DNA of 64,000 nucleotides from the human T2T-CHM13v2.0 reference genome, Homo sapiens. Both the position numbers and the translations under genes were made by a program. The DNA is taken from assembly GCF_009914755.1 (NCBI RefSeq), contig NC_060927.1; one strand, written 5' to 3'. This document shows, piece by piece, positions 53,881 through 64,000 of the stretch (position 1 is the first letter of the stretch; every line of letters begins with the position of its first letter). The notes beneath the pieces are model-generated. The model saw nothing but the letters and a program-made list of their open reading frames with translations, was not told the origin of the DNA and did no database searches.

Positions 53881-54833
53881 CTGACAATAAGTCCACCTTT
53901 CCTGCTTGTAGTGGGTCATTTAAAACTTGATCTCCCTAATCATCATGGGACTTGTCAAGAATGTAGATTGTTTTCTTGTGTGAATTCTTCCTTGTATAAT
54001 ACTGATCATTCTATTTTAGCGGTAAGAACCCAAGAAGGAGTATGGATACCTGTAAAGCTTTCTGGTCCTTGGGAAGCCTCTCCTTCTGTGCATATTATTA
54101 CTGAAATTCTTCAAAAGATTCTGAGATGCTCTCAGTGTTTCATTGCTACTTTAATTTTAATCATTATGGGATTGATTGCTGTCACAGCTACTGCCGCGGC
54201 AGCTGGAGTTGCTTTGCATTTCACAGTACAAACAGCAGACTATGTAAATAATTGGCAGAAAAATTCTACTTTGCTGTGGAATTCCCAAACTAATATGGAC
54301 CAGAAACTAGCTAATCAAATCAATTATCTCCAACAAACTGTAATGTGGCTAGGAGATTGAGTAGTTAGTCTAGAATATAGAATGCAGTTACAATGTGATT
54401 GGAATACTTCTGATTTTTGCATTACTCCTCATCTGTATAATGAAAGACAGCATGAGTGGGAAAGAGTTAAGAAACATTTGAAAGGTCATACTGGAAATTT
54501 ACTTTAGATATTATGCAACTGAAGGAACAAATATTTCAATCTTCTCTGGCACATCTGACACTAATGCCAGGAACTGAAGTGCTTGAAGGCGCTTCAGATG
54601 GATTAGCAGCTATTAACCCATTAAAATGGATCAAGACACTTGGAGGCTCTGCAATTTGAATGATGACTGTGCTTTTAATTGGTGTTGTTTGTCTTTGTAT
54701 ATCAAATTGAAATACAAATGAAATTGGTCATTTGTACATCTGCAAATGTGGATCACGAATCCTGCGAGAAGTAGCCTACTGTGACAAAGCTGCCTATGCC
54801 TTTATCACTTTGCAAAAACAGAAAGGTGGGACA

Positions 54834-55331
54834 CGTTGGTAGCAATCCCTAACCCTGTCATAAACAGACCTTAAAGAAACTGGCCATAAACAGGATTTCT
54901 GCAGCAATGGGACATGCTCATGATGGCTGTCATGCACACTGCTAAAAGTTGTTGGTTTACTAGAGCAGGGCAAGGAACACCTGGCCCCGCCCGGAGCAAA
55001 AAACTGCTCAAACCACAAACGATAGCAGGAAAGGCCTGTGGCTTGACAGCATGTTTTTGCTACAGATAATCAGCCAGAGCCTGTTTCTCTGCTCCTCACT
55101 GAGATTGCTTTGTTTCCCATAAAGAATGCTTTTAGCGAATCTACAATCTATAGAAGCAATGCTTATCACTGGCTTTCTGTCAATAAATGTGTGGGTCAAG
55201 CTCTGTTTGTGGCTCTCAGCTCTGAAGGCTGTCAGCCCCCTAATCCCCACTTTATACTGTATTCCTGTGTCTTTGTCTTAATTCCTCTAGTGCCGCTTCG
55301 TTAGGTCTCCATGACTGAGCTGGTCTTGGCA
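54834..55331 (+). mobile_element. 3' LTR (MER9B-like), preceded by a polypurine tract
   Basis: about 95% identical to the 5' LTR; aaaaacagaaaggtggga immediately upstream. Confidence 0.9.
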
Positions 55332-55414
55332 CCATGTTGCTCAGACTAGTCTTGAACTCCTGCAATCCTCCCACAAAGTGCTGGGATTACAGGCGTGAGC
55401 CACTGCACCTGGCC

Positions 55415-56970
55415 ACAATCTTCCATTTTAACTTGTCAAATTTATTAGCATAAACTTGTTTAAATATTCCTTTATTATCCTTGCATGTCTGTAGTACTTG
55501 TAGTGAAAGAATTCCCTTTCATTTCTGAAACTGGTCATTTGTGTTTTTTCTGAATCAGACTAGCTAGAAGTTTATCAATTTTATTGATCACACTTTTTTC
55601 CTATTTTATTGATTTCCATTCTTTATTATTTACTTCAGGTTTAATTTGCTCTGCTTTTCCTAGCTTTTCTTTTCTTTTCTTTTTTTGAGACAGAATCTCG
55701 TTCTGTATTCCAGGTTGGAGTGCAGTGGCATGGTCTTGGCTTACTGCAACCTCCGCCTCCCAGTTCAAGCAATTCTTCTGCCTCAGCCTCCTGAGTAGCT
55801 GGGACTACAGGCGCCCACCACCACACCTGGCTAATTTTTGTATTTTTAGTAGAGACAGGTTTCATCATGTTGGGCAGGCTGGTCTAGAACTCCTGACTTC
55901 AAGTGATTCGTCCACCTTGGCCTCCCAAATTTCTGGGATTACAGGTGTGAGCCACCATGCCTGGTCAATGTTTTTTTAGCTTTTCAAGGTGGAAATCTAC
56001 ATAACTGATTTAAGACATTTCCTCTTTACTAACATAAGCACTTAACATTATCAGCTTCATTGTATGCACTGCTTTAACTGCATCCCGTAAATTTTCATAT
56101 GTTCTGTTTCCATTGTCATTCTGCTCAAAATGTTTTCTGATTTCCTTTGCTGTTTTTCGTTAATTCTTAGGTTAATTCCCAAATATTAGGGGATTTTCCA
56201 GATAACTTTTTGCTAGAATTTGGTTTTGTTATTTAATGTCATCTGTGTGGTCTAAGAATATGCTCTGCATAAATTCAAGTTTTTAAAACTTACTGACATT
56301 TATTTTTTGGCCCAGCATATAGTTTAATTTTGGGGGATGTTATGTGTGCATTTGAAAAAAATGTGTTTTCTCTCTTGTTGAGTGTTCTGTAAATGACAAT
56401 AAGGTCGAATTAGATTGATGGTGTTGTTCAAGTCTTTTATGTCTTAACCAATTTTCTATATACTTGTTATACCAATTACTGAGAGAGAAGTAGTAAAATC
56501 TCCAACCATAATTGTGTATTTCTTCATTTTTCCTTTTAGTTTTTTCCATTTTTCTTCATATACTTTGAGGTTCTATTACTTGGACATACATATTTGGGAC
56601 TGTTATATCTTCATGATGATTTGACCCCACTTATGAAATGTTCCTCTTTTTCCCTGTTAATATTCACTGTTCTGAACACTGTTTCCTGATATTACTATAG
56701 CCACTCCATCATTTGTTAGATTAGTATTTGCATGTTATATGTTTCTTTAAATCATTTAAATTTTAATCTTCTTGAACTGTAAACACTGTCTTTTGGTTAG
56801 AGTGTTTAGAGTCCATTTACATAATGTAATTATTGATGTGGTTTCTTTAAATCCCACATCTTACTATTTGTTTTCTATTTGTTCCAGCTGTTCATTGTCC
56901 TCTCCCCTTTAACTGCCTTCTTTTGAGTTATTTGAGTATTTTTTGTTATCTCATTTTATCTCCACTCCAT
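55415..56970 (-). mobile_element. old L1M ORF2 remnant (continues 48195-48800)
   Basis: agactagctagaagtttatcaattttattgatc, tttggcccagcatatag, aaatctccaaccataattg. Confidence 0.7.
55666..55967 (-). mobile_element. Alu (S-type)
   Basis: antisense dimer. Confidence 0.9.
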
Positions 56971-56986
56971 ATATTGGTTAGATCTC

Positions 56987-57418
56987 TGTGATGGATAATG
57001 TTAAATGCTGCTCAGGTTCCTCTTCAAGAAGTCATTATTGTTTCCCCTGCTGGGAGACCTGTTGACAGATAGCTTTCTGCTGACAGACCCTTCAGGGATT
57101 GCCACGATTGCAGAGAGCTACCTTGCTCAAGGTCATTCGCCTTCCCAAGGTGGCTAACATCCAGTGCTGAATGCAAGAATATTAAGGTCTGACCATCTCA
57201 ATCCAACTCAGCACAATTCTGAAGAGTCATTCTAGTTCTGTAGCTTCATGTGGGCTTGGCCAAGGCTATTATTGGACTAGCATAACAACCTGACTTCTCA
57301 TCCTGCCCACCCCTGCTTGTGTCACCTTCCTTCTACAGGTATTTATCCCAAGAGCACTCCTTAATAAACATCCTTCACACTGAACTCCATCTCTGCTCAT
57401 GGGAATCAACCTGCAACA
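56987..57418 (+). mobile_element. ancient ERVL-type LTR (LTR16-like)
   Basis: tgtgatgga...ttaataaacatcc...aacctgcaaca termini. Confidence 0.55.
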
Positions 57419-57487
57419 GCTTCTTTGTTTTAGTTTTTAGTGGTTGCTGTAGGCATTGCCAATATGCATATTTTAAGCTATTACAGT

Positions 57488-57630
57488 TGTGTTAGTTTGC
57501 TAGGGCTGCCATAACAAAATACTACAGACTGGGTGGCTTAAACAACAGACATTTATTTCCTCTTAGTTCTGGAGGCCAGAAGTCCAAGATCAAGGTGTTC
57601 ACAGATGTGGCTTCTCCTGAGGCCTCTCTC
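57488..57630 (-). mobile_element. MLT1 LTR fragment cut off by the L1 insertion
   Basis: tgtgttagtttgctagggctgccataacaaaatac...tcctgaggcctctctc. Confidence 0.75.
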
Positions 57631-62325
<4,695 letters not shown>

Positions 62326-62329
62326 GGTC

Positions 62330-64000
<1,671 letters not shown>

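Overview
Human (hominid) genomic DNA. The + strand carries the 3' half of the xylulokinase gene XYLB (FGGY carbohydrate kinase family): ten GT-AG-bounded coding exons from 706 to the stop at 41059 splice in frame into 281 aa, GAISSYYVQ...SQTRGPPE*, followed by a 3' UTR of about 2 kb. The rest is mostly transposable elements: about 30 Alu/FLAM/FRAM copies, a full-length but disabled L1PA3-like element in the last intron, a 5'-truncated antisense SVA, a MER11 solo LTR nested in an Alu, a deleted HERV-K(HML-3)/MER9-type provirus downstream of the gene, a THE1-like MaLR provirus, and old L1M, L2, MIR, MLT and MER remnants. I find no evidence of a wholly new multi-gene system. The strongest leads are: (1) an SVA insertion carrying a roughly 750-bp 3' transduction, delimited by a perfect 15-bp TSD and a second poly(A) tail; (2) a near-perfect 94-nt hairpin just downstream of a 41-nt exon; (3) an open dUTPase-remnant/protease/G-patch ORF next to a gag-pro deletion in the provirus; (4) an open, extended L1 ORF0 with the ZNF93-target segment retained; (5) several locally templated duplications, inversions and a microhomology junction. 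Subfamily names come from remembered consensus sequences and need RepeatMasker/Dfam confirmation. Boundaries of old repeats are approximate.
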